The position numbers and the translations under genes were made by a program. A stretch of 64,000 nucleotides of DNA, taken from assembly GCA_951406725.2 (NCBI GenBank), contig OX597814.1, positions 27,962,001 through 28,026,000 of the forward strand. Reading direction: 5' to 3'. Under the pieces are notes generated by a model. That model searched no databases. It saw nothing but the letters and a program-made list of their open reading frames with translations, and was not told the origin of the DNA. Every line of letters starts with the position of its first letter. The first letter of the stretch is position 1. Source of the DNA: Octopus vulgaris. Taxonomy: Eukaryota. This document shows positions 1-13,370 of the stretch, piece by piece.

Positions 1-40
1 ATCTATTATTCTATCCATTTATCTGTCTATCACCTGTCTG

Positions 41-43
41 TTG

Positions 44-114
<71 letters not shown>

Positions 115-298
115 ATCTATCTATCTGTCTGTCTATCTGTCTATCTGTCTGTCTGTCTGTATGTCTGTCTATCTATCTATTTATCTGTCTATCTGTCTAT
201 CTTTGTATATATATGTATATATATATATAATTCTATCTATCTATTTGTCTGTCTGTCTATCTATCCATCTATCTATCTATCCCTCTATCTATCTATCC

Positions 299-354
<56 letters not shown>

Positions 355-359
355 GTCTG

Positions 360-412
<53 letters not shown>
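41..412. repeat. (CTAT)n/(CTGT)n compound microsatellite
   Basis: Direct tetranucleotide repeats; source of the spurious SIYL ORF. Confidence 0.95.
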
Positions 413-416
<4 letters not shown>

Positions 417-949
417 AACACATATATGCGTGTGCGCGTGCGTATGTACGTGTATATGCATATGCATCGGTGTGCATATGTGTGCATGCTATCATGTAAG
501 TTATATGATTTGACAATGTGTATGTTCTTATGGATGTTTGTAAGTTTGTAAGTACACATACCCACTGCAATATAAGCATCTGGAATGTTTTACATATTTT
601 AATAGTACTATTAATGACCTGTAATTCCAATTTCCTAATTAGCTGTGTTCCTCCTGGTTTTGTGAATCACGGATTCTCATGATTTTGTGATGAGGTCATT
701 AGTTACTCAATCTCACGCCCCAATAATCAAAGTTAGAAATTGCAAGTTATGGTTCGGATGTTAGTATCTGCAAATTTCTAATTAGTTTGGCATAGATTTT
801 TTTTTCTAAATTCTTTCATCTAAAACATTATGTTGACGCCCGATAGACAACTGATTTCTACTGCTCTGCACAATTTCTTTTTTCTATCCTAAATCATTGT
901 GTACAGTCTGTTATACCTCCATTTTACAAACAGTTTTGACAGGAATAAT

Positions 950-1132
950 CCTTTTTATTATAGGCACATGGTCTGAAATTTTGTGAGGGAGTGGGTAAGT
1001 CGATTACTTCTACCCCAGTTTTCACCAAATTTATCCGACCTCGGGGGCATTTGAACTCAGAACGTAAAGACGGAAGAAATGTCGCTAAGTATTTCGTCTG
1101 CTGTGCTAATGATTCTGCCAGCTCGCCGCCTT
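950..1132 (-). mobile_element. SINE family B, internally deleted copy
   Basis: Reverse complement of head GGCGGCGAGCTGGCAGAA..., B-box-like GAGTTCAAAT, tail ...AAGGATTATT. Confidence 0.8.
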
Positions 1133-1150
1133 ATTTTTGACAGAAATAAT

Positions 1151-1550
1151 AATCCTTTCTACTAAAGGCACAAGGCCCGAAATTTAGTGGAGGGGACTAG
1201 TCGATTACATCAACCCCAGTGTTTCGATGGTACTTAATCTATCGACCCCGAAAGGATGAAAAGCAAAGTCGAACCCGGAGGAATTTGAACTCAGAACGTA
1301 GCGGCGGACGAAATACCTATTTCTTTACTATCCATAAGGGGCTGAATACAGAGAGGAAAAACAAGGACAGACAAACGCATTAAGTCGATTATATCGACCC
1401 CAGTGCGTAGCTGGTACTTATTTAATCGACCCCGAAAGGATGAAAGGCAAAGTCGACCTCGGCGGAATTTGAACTCAGAACGTAACGGCGGACGAAATAC
1501 CGCTAAGCATTTTGCCCAGTGTGCTAACGATTTTGCTAAATTCGCCGCCT
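1151..1550 (-). mobile_element. SINE family B, two-unit copy
   Basis: Head plus 184-bp unit plus terminal unit; flanked by TTTTGACAGAAATAAT (1135-1150, 1551-1566). Confidence 0.88.
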
Positions 1551-2512
1551 TTTTGACAGAAATAATAATGACCAGTATTATTTCTTATTATGGGGGATCA
1601 TGTCCCCTACATCCCTCTAACTTCAATATTTTTATCTTCGAAAGTACTCTTTGTACGAATTCCGTCCTATAGGAATTTGGCCGCGACATCATATTTTATC
1701 GCATTTTCAGACTGCTGCTGATGGTTTGGCTCATAGCTTCGGTGTTAATCCGACACAATATGTGTCGGTGTCATATCGAGGTATTATTATATTATATTTC
1801 AACCCCTATTTCTTTGGGTATCAGATATTTTCCTACATCCTGTTCTAGTATTGAAAAATCCTGTCCTTCAAAGTGAAAATTAATATACCGATTGTCTGAT
1901 CCACAATAGAATACTTTGGTTAACCATGTTATTGTTATTCTCGCATCATTGTCATGCATGACTTTTTGCTGCTGAGCAGAAAGCCTTTTATCTGCTATTC
2001 TTGTTAAGATAGAACTGTGCAGTATTCCTGGTTTCATATCATTAATCACCATTCACGAAATATTTTCCGAAGAGCTCCTTTCTGACTCGTGATGTTGTTT
2101 GTCTCATGTGTGCGGAGTTGATTCATGAATATACTTGGACTATACTTTGTTAAGTAAATGCCGTCGATGGGATATTATGCGACATTGAAAGGCTGTATGT
2201 ATGAATCGGTGTCAAAACCCTAGATCCTTTTCTTAATGTAATTCTTGCAGTTTAATCTGAACGAACAAACCAGCGATCAAAACCTTTCCATCCGTGACCA
2301 TTCCATTTTAGGCATTGTATATCTTAGTCTACATAACCCAAATGTGTCCTTAAACTTTTAAAGTCTGTGTGGTTTAAACTGATGAAAATTTGGCAGCTAT
2401 TACTAACAGACTGAGCGACGACATAGATGCACCCTCTTCTCTTCCACTGTTTAGGCAGTCAATATCAATGTCGATGTATGTATGTATGTATGTATGTATG
2501 TATGTATGTATG

Positions 2513-2544
<32 letters not shown>

Positions 2545-2776
2545 CATAAACATGTATATGTGTGTTGAGTAAGAGTCCTATCACTCCTTTGCAGAACATC
2601 AACTCTATGAAATTCTTTTCTTTCATAGATTATATTTTTCCTCCCGGACCCTTCGACTCGCAAAAGTTTACGCGGCAAGTTAGTGACATCAGTCCCACTG
2701 CAAATGCCCTCTGAATTCAAATATGTTTCCAAGGTTAAACAACCCCATTCCATTTACTGCCTGTATACAATAGAAA

Positions 2777-3171
2777 TGTGGAGGCGAAATGGCCCAGTGG
2801 TTAGGACAGCGGTCTCGCGGTCATAGGATCGCGGTTTCGATTCCCAGACCGGGCGTTGTGAGTGTTTATTGAGCGAAGACACCTAAAGCTCCACGAGGCT
2901 CCGGCAGGGGATGGTGGTGAACCCTGCTGTACTCTTTCACCACAACTTTCTCTCACTCTTACTTCCTGTTTCTGTTGTACCTGTATTTCAAAGGGCCGGC
3001 CTTGTCACTCTCTGTGTCACGCTGAATATCCCCGAGAACTACGTTAAGGGTACACGTGTCTGTGGAGTGCTCAGCCACTTACACGTTAATTTCACGAGCA
3101 GGCTGTTCCGTTGATTCGGATCAACCGGAACCCTCGTCGTCGTAACCGACGGAGTGCTTCCATTCCATCCA
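2777..3171 (+). mobile_element. SINE family C, full length, tRNA-derived
   Basis: A-box TGGCCCAGTGG, B-box GTTTCGATTCC, short CATCC/TTCCA tail; 10-bp TSD ACAATAGAAA at 2767-2776 and 3172-3181. Confidence 0.92.
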
Positions 3172-3375
3172 ACAATAGAAAACAAATAATAGAATTAAAT
3201 TACCAATATTTTCTCATCAAGTATTAAGAGGTGAAATGCTGAAAGATACTTCACAAACTGGTGATCGATTTAAGTTCTCCGGTTTTATTCGAGGATAAAA
3301 GAGTTTCCTGCTCTACAACGTTCAAGGAAAGATTCAGAAGTTAACACAAAATTATTAAATATAATAAATAAAATT

Positions 3376-3772
3376 AGGCGCAGGAGTGGCTGTGTGGTAA
3401 GTAGCTTGTTTACCAACCACATGGTTCCGGGTTCAGTCCCACTGCGTGGCACCTTGGGCAAGTGTCTTCTACTATAGCCTCGGGCCGACCAAAGCCTTGT
3501 GAGTGGATTTGGTAGACGGAAACTGAAAGAAGCCCGTCGTATATATGTATATATATATGCGTGTGTGTGTTTGTGTTTGTCCCCCTAGCATTGCTTGACA
3601 ACCGATGCTGGTGTGTTTATGTCCCCGTCACTTAGCGGTTCGGCAAAAGAGACCGATAGAATAAGTACTGGGCTTACAAAAGAATAAGTCCCGGGGTCGA
3701 GTTGCTCGACTAAAGGCGGTGCTCCAGCATGGCCGTAGTCAAATGACTGAAACAAGTAAAAGGGTAAAGAGT
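3376..3772 (+). mobile_element. SINE family A (CORE-like central domain, internal TA/TG microsatellite)
   Basis: Head GGCGCAGGAGTGGCTGTGTGGTAAG, B-box GGTTCAGTCC, GTGGCACCTTGGGCAAGTG resembling the CORE domain, tail (GTAAAGA)n; more than 20 copies or fragments in the window. Confidence 0.9.
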
Positions 3773-4369
3773 AAAATATAATACACAGTGGTTGTTTCTA
3801 TCCTGATTTAGTTAACATCATTTCACTCAGGGACCGTTTACAATTTCAGGAACCTAGTCATGTTACTAACAAAAACAAACTTACAAAATCTCTGGGAAGC
3901 TTTGAGGAACAACACAAAAGCAGCTGAAAGTAAACTTTAGTTGCTGTTATACTGAATATTTCCAAACACCCTGGCCATACTAAACGGTAATAAGTAAGCT
4001 TATGTTTCGGTTTTAAGATTGTCAAACAAGTGTTTTAGTTTAAGGTCAACGCAGTTTTTTCGTGGCCATTTTAATGAGCAATCCTACTTCATTCACATGA
4101 TAGTTTTTTGTCTAGACGAAGTGTCGTAATTGGCTTGAAGGGTTGAAGACACCCAACTCATAATCAATTATCTAACCCTGACCTATTTAAAGTTCAGTCG
4201 AGAAAAACGACATATTGAATTTCTGCAACAGACGTCTTACTTCCGTTATTTCATTGATGTGAAGAAAGTAATAAAGGAATAAGAGAGAGAGACAGAAGCC
4301 AAAACAGGCGACATAAAATAAAAGGAAGGGGAGGTAAAGAACAAGGAAAGGAAAGGAAAGGAGGAGTAA

Positions 4370-4721
4370 GAGGAGGAGGAGGAGAAGAAGAAGGAGGAGG
4401 AGGAGGAGAAGAAGAAGAAGAAGAAGAAGAAGAAGAAGAAGAAAGAGAAGAAGAAGGAGAAGAAGAAGAAAGAGAAGAAGAAGAAGAAGGACAAGAAGAA
4501 GAGAAAAAGCAAAGAAGAGAAGGAAAGGAAAAAAGAAGAATGAAGTGGTAGTAGTGGTAGTAGTAGTAGTAGTAGTAGAAGAAGAAGAAGAAGAAGAAGA
4601 AGAAGAAGAAGAAGGAGGAGAAGAAGAAGGAGAAGAAGGAGAAGAAGGAGAAGAAGAAGAAGAAGAAGAAGAAGAAGAAGAAGAAGAACAAGGAGAAGAA
4701 CAAGGAGAAGAAGGAGAAGAA
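4370..4721. repeat. (GAA)n/(GGA)n/(GTA)n microsatellite
   Basis: Direct trinucleotide repeats. Confidence 0.95.
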
Positions 4722-5066
4722 GTGAAAGCGTGTTGAATATAAAAAGGATGCACAGGGAAGAAGAAAGAAATAGGATGAAGAAAGCTTCAATTGACGAGTA
4801 TACGATGTGTGTGTGTGTGTATGTGTGTGTGTGTGTGTATGTGTGTGTGTATGTGTGTGTGTATGTGTGTGTGTGACAGAGAGAAAGAGAGAGAGAGAGT
4901 GTGTATGTATGTATGTTTGCCTGTGTGTAATAATTTAAATATGCACTAAATATATATCAAAATATAATAATAACCACCCAAAAGTTATAGGACTAAATTA
5001 TAATATTCCAATAAAATAGCTTCTAACTTTACCATTCGAAGATGTTTTCAGCATAATTTTACAATA

Positions 5067-5310
5067 TCTGTTGTGTCTGGGGAGAGTCATTTTCTTTTTG
5101 TGCCTTATAATTTAACACACTCACCGGTAAAACTTTTTACTTATTTCTTATTTTTATTTTCCTAAAAATTTTCGTTGCATCTTGCAACCTTTTCAATAGT
5201 CTTGACTATAAGGCACAAAAAGAAAATGACTCTCCCTAGACACAACAGAATATGCTTCAACACACGAACTCACATAAAGAATCTTGCAAACCAAATCCAA
5301 AAACGAAATA
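5067..5310. mobile_element. Short insert with inverted 5' segment and hammerhead-like motif (non-autonomous Penelope-like)
   Basis: 43-bp inverted repeat 5067-5109/5207-5249; 15-bp direct repeat TTTACAATATCTGTT at 5058-5072 and 5311-5325. Confidence 0.7.
5161..5201 (-). ncRNA. Hammerhead-like motif, U3-A8 core variant
   Basis: Minus strand: cta TTGAAAA g GTTGCA aga TGCAAC GAAA atttt tag; perfect 6-bp stem II, stems I and III weak. Confidence 0.5.
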
Positions 5311-5565
5311 TTTACAATATCTGTTTTGCCATTTTTGCGACTGATACATAAACCCTCTGATTGAGTAAATTGGGCAATAAATTCTCCATTTGAAGAATAC
5401 AGCATACCACAGAGCTTGTGAAGTTATCAACTGTATATAACAATTGTTACATAAAATGAAATAAAATTCGAAAGTAATCATCATCAACTCCCTGTCTCAT
5501 TATCCCGTCTTTTCCACTGCTACTACATCAGTCTTTACTCTTTCCAACTAGCTTTTAACATCATC

Positions 5566-5926
5566 CGTGGTGATCTCATTCTCGCTCACAACATCATAAG
5601 CGGAAAGTGTAACCTCTCGAAAGAGCTGTCCTTCACTTCTGCTCCAAGGCGTGGGCTGCGGGGTCACTCCGAAAAGCTCTATCTACGACGATTTCATCTC
5701 AATCGAAGGAGAGGGGCTTTCTCCGTCCGGGTTGCGGATCCGTGGAATAAGCTGCCGGACGAGACAGTGAAGATGCCGACGACCGCTCGGTTCAAAGTCT
5801 CTCTTGACCAGAAATGGCCTGAACTCTTTTGTATGACCACCCTCCCTGTACATAACTCCCTGTCCCCCTACATGGCCTTGCTTTTGCTTTTTGAGCCAAT
5901 AAAAATTGAATCGAATTGAATTGAAA
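5566..5926 (+). mobile_element. CR1-clade LINE 3' end
   Basis: Translates RGDLILAHNII...LRGHSEKL...FSVRVADPWNKLP...FKVSLDQKW, the typical CR1 ORF2 C-terminus; AATAAA and (ATTGA)n tail. Confidence 0.85.
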
Positions 5927-6337
5927 CTCATCCTTTCTTTCCTGTTTGTTATACACACTGTGACACCATCCAGGTCCCACTCTAAACATTATACCCATTC
6001 TTTACATTCCAGAACATCAGTCTTCTAGAAACACTTTCCTGCATGAATTTTTAACCTTTGCAGATGACTAAGATGTGAACAGGAATAAATAAAATAAAAT
6101 AAAATAAAATAAAATAAAATAAAATAAAATAAAATAAAAAGTAATAAAAAATAAGATAAATCAAATTTTGCTTCGTTGTTACTCTCAGTTTATCGTTAAT
6201 CCTTATAAAGAATAAAGAATAAACTTTGATGTATGATTTGGCTACTCTTTCTCTTGCTTCTTCATTCAAACGGATGTGCGAAAATAAACTCTTCGAAACC
6301 CCCAGTGTCTATATTCGGAAAAAAATTACATACTCCT

Positions 6338-6541
6338 TTAGTCGTTTCAGTCATTTGACTGTGGCCATGCGGGAGCACCACCTCTAATCGAGCAAATCGA
6401 CCCCAGGACTTATTCTTTGTAAGCCTAGTACTTATTCTATCGGCCTCTTTTGCCGAACCGCTAAGTTACGGGGACGTAAACACACCAGCATCGGTCAAGC
6501 GATGTTGTGGGGACAAATACAGACACACAAACATACACACA

Positions 6542-6595
<54 letters not shown>

Positions 6596-6765
6596 TATAT
6601 ACGACAGGCTTCTTTCAGTTTCCGTCTACCAAGTCCACTCACAAGGCTTTTGTCGGCCCGAGGCTATAGTAGAAAACACTTGCACAAGGTGCCACTCATT
6701 GGGACTGAACCCGGAACCATGTGGTTGGTAAGCAAGCTACTTACCACACAGCCACTCCTACGCCT
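6338..6765 (-). mobile_element. SINE family A
   Basis: Reverse complement of the 3376 element with internal (CA)n. Confidence 0.88.
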
Positions 6766-7431
6766 ATACCATTAATAATTAGCGCACTTGATTTTGGGAG
6801 TAAATACCTAACCGATAGTCTGGATAAGCTTGGGTTTTCAGGAAATGAAGTCAATCAGCTAACTCGCATGATGCAAATACAATCTGTAAGCGGAACAGTA
6901 AAAATATGCAAGAATTTTCTCAAGTTTAAAGTGTGATATTGTCTTCGCTATCTGTATACCTAGAATGGAACATTCTACCTTTGTTGTGTTTGTGCGCGTG
7001 TGTGTGTCCGTGTGTGCGTGCGTACCTGTGTGCGTGTGCGTATGTGTATGTGTGTGTGTGTGTGTGCGTAATTGTCTAACAGACAGTAGAAGTTATGTTT
7101 CGCCTAGCAGGTCTAAAAGTACCGAAACTTGCCCGAAGATGTCACCGTGCTTGCCAAAATCAGCTTAATTTAATATTAACGCTTTTATTACTGTTGTTTT
7201 CCTTTTACAGCATGCATAATTCCAATTTTAATTAATTGAGATTCCATTGCTGTCAACCCTTCCTGTTTTCATCATATTTAATCAATGATCGAATGTAAAA
7301 TTCTCCTCGATGCACGAAGAGCCTTGGGTCACTTAAAGTCTTCCCGCTCGCAGCCAAATATTTACAATAGATTCACATAAATATATGCACAGTCAAGCCT
7401 TTCAATATATCGAACAACAGCTTGAGATATC

Positions 7432-8065
7432 TTTTATCTTTTACTTGTTTCAGTCATTGGACTATGGCCATGCTGGGGTACCAGCTGTAAGGTATTAGTC
7501 GAACAAATCCACCCCAGCACTTACTTTTAAATCTGATACTTATTCTAGCGGTTGCTTGTGCTGAACCACTAAGTTACATAGTCGTAAACAAACCACAACT
7601 GTTTGACGAGCGGTGGGAAGACAGACAAACAGACTCACACACACGTACACACACATATGAAGGCGCGTGGCTCAGTGGTTAGAGCGTCGGGCTTTCAATC
7701 ATGATGTAGAGTTCGTTTCCCGGACCAGGCTGTGTGTTGTGTTCTTGAACAAGGCACTTTATTTCACGTTGGTTTAGTTCCCTGAGCTGTAGAAATAAGT
7801 TTGACCTCACTGCTGCCAAGTTATATCGGCTTTTGCCTGTGCTTTGGTGCATCGGTGGTGTGGAGAGGAGAGACTGGTGATATGCTCGGGGGCCTGCTGG
7901 TCTTCCATAAACAATCTTGTAACTTTCTAGGCGCAATCCCATGGTCATTCATAATCGAAAGGGGTCTTTATTCTTTACTGTATATATAAGACGGGCTTTC
8001 AATTTCCGTCCACTGAATCCGGAACCATGAGACAGGGAAGAAAATTCTTACCACACAGCCATGCT
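7432..8065 (-). mobile_element. SINE family A, diverged, split by a nested SINE
   Basis: 3' part 7432-7658, partly deleted 5' part 7987-8065. Confidence 0.7.
7659..7972 (+). mobile_element. SINE family D (tRNA head, CORE-like domain)
   Basis: GGCGCGTGGCTCAGTGGTTAGAGCG A-box, GAGTTCGTTTCC B-box, GTGTTCTTGAACAAGGCACTT. Confidence 0.72.
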
Positions 8066-9096
8066 TGGTAGCAGATAGTATAGATTACCACAGATTTCGT
8101 TGTTTCTCCGTATATATAAATGCGTGACTGCAAATTTGTGTCCGTTAATAAAAAGAAAAAATAGCATATAACTTATCTGTGTAAATAGACGTTGTGGTTA
8201 CTTACTCCACATATATCACTGTTAAATAAATCTGAGAACAGTTTTCATCAGTGTCTGTTTGTTGTTTCCTCATTCTGTACAATAGAACGAGGTTAAGCCG
8301 TCAACATTTAAAAGAAACTAGTCGAGTTGGGCTGTCCGTTCTACAAACACATCAGTTTATCTACAGTGATTATTTATAAAGCGAAGGTAAATGAGTTCTT
8401 AATGCAGATGCACAAATACAATTCAAATTAAATCACACATACACAAATATACACAGACCTCCACACTCATTATATTAGTTAATTAATTAGTTAATTAATA
8501 CATACATACATACATAATGTGTGGCACAGAAGTTCGTTTTGGAACCACGGATTTTCGGGTTCAGCCCCACTGTGAGGCACCGTGGGCAAATATCTTGCAC
8601 CATAGATTCGAGCCGACCAATGCCTTCTGAGAGAATTTTGCAGACGTGTATGATGAGTAACCTTAATCGATTTTCGAACCTTATTGAGTTCTCATAGGAG
8701 GTGTCTACATCATTCTGACAGTTTCGAGAGAAACAAGCAGCCAAACTGTTAATATACTCAACAAATGCAGCAGTTACTCTATGACGGCGTCCCTAATTTG
8801 CATACCCAAAGTGTTTAACACTCTGAATGTATGTATGTATGTATGTATGCATGTATGTATGTATGTATGTATGTATGTATGTATGTATGTATGTATGTAT
8901 GTATGTATGGGTGTGTGTGCATGTATGTATGTATATAGATAGATAGATAAATATATAGATAGATAGAGAGATAAAACTTACTTGGAAACGGATGCGTGGC
9001 GTTCGATCATATAATGATATAAATAATATATATATATATGCATATATATACACGTACATGTACATGCCTACATATATATGCATATATACATGCATA

Positions 9097-9256
9097 TACG
9101 GGTATAGGACGTCAAAAAAAACGTGAACAAAATGAGAAACGAGAACATAAAAAACAAAAGCATGGAAAACGAACTTCTTTTTTTGAACAACGAGAGAAAC
9201 AAATAGAGAAAGGAGACAAGCATTTTGTTCACGTTTTTTGACGTCCTATACTCATA
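9097..9256. mobile_element. 160-bp element with ~36-bp terminal inverted repeats in a TA-rich tract
   Basis: GTATAGGACGTCAAAAAAAACGTGAACAAAATG (arm 9097-9134) versus CATTTTGTTCACGTTTTTTGACGTCCTATAC (arm 9221-9256). Confidence 0.7.
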
Positions 9257-9261
9257 TATGA

Positions 9262-9787
<526 letters not shown>

Positions 9788-10111
9788 TATATGACTGTAT
9801 ATATATATATACATATATATGTAGGTATGTACATGTATGTGTGTATATATATGCATATATATTTATATTATCATTTTGTGACGTGAGTGTATGAGTTTTT
9901 AATCTTGTCCCTTAACTTAGCACTTCGGCAAAAGAAAGCGCGAGAATGAGAAGTAGACACCATAAGTAGTGGAGTTGATTGGTTCGGTTAAAACCCCTTG
10001 AAGGCCGTGCTCCAGCATGACCGCAGTCGAATGACTGAAAGAAGTAAAAAATAATCGATATACACACACATACATACATACATACAAACACACACATACA
10101 AACAGGCACAA

Positions 10112-10164
<53 letters not shown>

Positions 10165-10553
10165 ACACATAGAGTAAAAATCCTACTTATTAGCAATTTC
10201 TATCGTTTCCTCTATTGCCTTTTCTACACAGCCTCCTACACGGTGAATATATCCAATAATTTACACACACACACACACACACAATGTAAAGTATTACATA
10301 TATAGGTAGACAAATACATTGATTAAATAAATAATGCAAATATTGAACGCTGAGGAAACAACCCCCATTCACTCAGCATGTACACGCGCACGCATACACG
10401 CACACTCATGCGCGCGCACAAAGACACACAACACAAACATTATCAACCATATGCCTGTGCGTGGGAGTGTTCCTCCGCACATATATGTGAGTGTAGGAGT
10501 ATCTCTCCCTCCCTCCCTCCCTCCCTCTCTCTCTCTCTGTACACACACACATA

Positions 10554-10591
<38 letters not shown>

Positions 10592-10999
10592 TATACATAT
10601 ATGCACATATACATATGAATGTTTGCCCTGTTGCCTTTAAAAACTGCCAAATATATTATAAATAATAATGTATGATAAAAAATTGTTTAGAAGCGTCTTA
10701 ATTAATGTGTTTTTTTATATATTTTGCTTATTGAGCAACTAATTCTGAAAATATACTGACAATAAATGCGTTTAAGTGCTACCCACGCTATTTTCGTGCT
10801 GTAGATCATGAATGCGTAGGACGGAACAGAAAATCAAAAGATAAAGGATATTAATACTAAATATGGTATGAAGAATTTAGGAAAGATTAAATGAAAGACT
10901 TAGATATTATAAACAACTGCATGCGTTCTTAAGTCTGTCAGGACACACAAAAGGACTTCCTTTTCTATGAGAAGGTGCTATACTTTAATGATATGTCGG

Positions 11000-13370
11000 T
11001 GGTCCTAGATGTGAATGGCAGTGCAGTGAAGTTGGTGCCTTCACGGCAGCAACCTATACACAGTAGTATTCTGTACTCTAAAAGAAGCAAGACAGCTGTC
11101 TTCAGGCGCTTGAAAACTCTTCAGCACTGAGCAAGGCTGGAATAAATCATTTTTAACGCACGCTGAGATTGTTTAAAGATGGCCGATAGGAAAGATAAGT
11201 ATAAGAGCTTCACAAACTTGCTCAACCAATCATAACTGCTAGACGTACCGATTGCATTATTTGAATGTGCAGTCAAGTGTGTGGACCAACTGCATGGGTT
11301 CATCCAAATGATATCTTGATAAAGTATTTGTTGGATCAGAACACAGGGATAGCGTAGGATACCTGGAATTTATCCAGTCGACTATACTGATCTCAAATTT
11401 GTGATTTTCACGGTCGAGCAAATATGACAAGTAACTGGCTACGAGAAGCTGAAATGTAACAGTAGCCGGATTGGTGCATTAATTAGGCAGTGATTAACAG
11501 GTGTATCGTCAGCAACCGGTGGTAAGGATCTCTAAACAGGACGATCAGAATAGAGCCGATAACAAAAATAGATTTGAAGAGTTTGAAGAGAAAGCTAACG
11601 ACCAATTTAAGAGAAGCAATTAGATAAGGTATCACGATCGATTTCTTTACTACCCACAAGTGGCTAAAAACAGAGAGGACGAACAAGGACAGACAAACGG
11701 ATTAAGTCGATTATATCGACCCCAGTGCGTAACTGGCACTTATTTAATCGACCCCAAAAGGATGAAAGGCAAAGTAGACCTCGGCGGAATTTGAACTCAG
11801 AATATAACAGCAGAAGAAATACCTATTTCTTTACTACCCACAAGTGGCTAAAAACAGAGAGGACGAACAAGGACAGACAAACGGATTAAGTCGATTATAT
11901 CGACCCCAGTGCGTAACTGGTACTTATTTAATCGACCCCAAAAGGATGAAAGGCAAAGTCGACCTCGGCGGAATTTGAACTCAGAACGTAGCGGCAGACG
12001 AAATACCGCTAATTATTTCGCCCGGCGTGCTAACGTTTCTGCCAGCTCGCCGCCTGAGAAAAGGTATCACGGTCGAGTTGCTTGTGGCGCGAATGACTTT
12101 CAACCATTTCTTCACACGAAACATGAAGGTAGTGTTGTTAGATTATGGCTCATGCTCTAAAGTAGGACGGAGGGAATGTCGGTTGATGGAAGGGCGGAAG
12201 TGTGGCTTGAAAACAAAGTCACTATTCAGAATAGGCACATGATTCACGATTCTAAGCAGATGTTTACAGTTATCCAGTTAACAATTATTTGAGGCGAGTG
12301 GTGGGGCGGGACGGTTGTGCACTTTACCGCCTACCTCGTCTGTCTGGCATGGCTCTCGATGGAAGATGCAGATTACTGCAATTATCCGATAAAAGCTGAT
12401 GAGATACCGATTGCAGTAAGTGGTTGTACAAAGAGTGAATTACCTCCGTTGGATGGTATGCCCGATGAGTTTTATGCATGTTTATCAAAACTAGTTTGAG
12501 GACTTCTGGGCAGTGGAGCGGAGTGTCAACGTCAAGTGGAAGCAGAAAGAGATAATTCACAGTTCTGTGAGCTAAGGAATGGTAGCATTGTAATGGAAGG
12601 ACTCGAACAAAGGGGATACTGTCGACCATTTCCAGGCTATAATGCTGCTAAATGTTGAGTTTAAGATTTGGTAAGGTGGCAAAAAGGTTAGTGCTTGGAG
12701 AGAAATGGGTATACTATAGCTGATGATGTGTGGACATGCGCTAAGGCTGCCACATCTCAAGTATTTCGATGACAGTGGGTAGATGTGATTGCAGTTGGCC
12801 AGATTTGCTTTTCTATAGCTCATTTCTTCGACAGAACTGCACTCCTAGCCAAAGTATGGACCGTAGCAGGGACCTGACACGTTGAGTATCGTCAGGTACA
12901 CACAGTCTTCTACCAGTCAGGCAATGCGGTCGGTGGAGTCTTGACATTTTCAGGGAAACTCTGTGCGTCGATGAAAATCAACTGGCTGGTCTATTCCGAA
13001 GAATTTTCGGGCCGAAACTCATAGATAATTTCTAGAAATCTCTCGCATGGAATTGCTACCGAAGGCGGGGGCATTACCGGTTCGAAATAAACTCTACAGA
13101 CATGGAAGTGTCCTCAGCCGAATTTGCCTGAGATGCACGCAGAACGTCTAAACTGTTCTGTGTACTCTCATCTAGTGTACGAACGTTGCTGACTTGTGGA
13201 GTTATGTCGAACATAACTGACTATCAACGGTGTCTATTGTGATGATCATTCCACCACTTTCCTTTGGCCAGGTAAAATAGGCTGTCTTTATCTATCTGGT
13301 GGCCTCAGCGTAAAAGGCTTTGTGGTGGACAGATACCCTTCTCTTTGGTCAAGCAGTGATCAATTTTTTT
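11000..13370 (-). pseudogene. Possible highly decayed non-LTR retroelement (I/Jockey-like RT)
   Basis: Only scattered degenerate peptides (YRKAN, VKKWLKSH, IFKQ..IYSS); many stops; boundaries uncertain. Confidence 0.3.
11642..12055 (-). mobile_element. SINE family B, two-unit copy
   Basis: 184-bp internal tandem; TSD AAGGTATCACG(A/G)TCGA at 11626-11641 and 12061-12076. Confidence 0.9.

Noticed and set aside
1403-1672. Recurrent ORFs MRNWYL...[28 protein letters not shown] and GTEPGTMW
   Set aside because: Chance frames within SINE B, C and A; they recur only because the SINEs do.
1792-2052. 86-aa non-repetitive ORF
   Set aside because: No recognisable motif or splice support; stops in flanking frames.
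2777-2850. tRNA-like heads of SINEs as tRNA genes
   Set aside because: They continue into SINE bodies with TSDs; no proper acceptor stem.
11642-12055. 184-bp repeats as a CRISPR array or satellite
   Set aside because: No spacers; eukaryotic context; units lie inside TSD-bounded SINEs.
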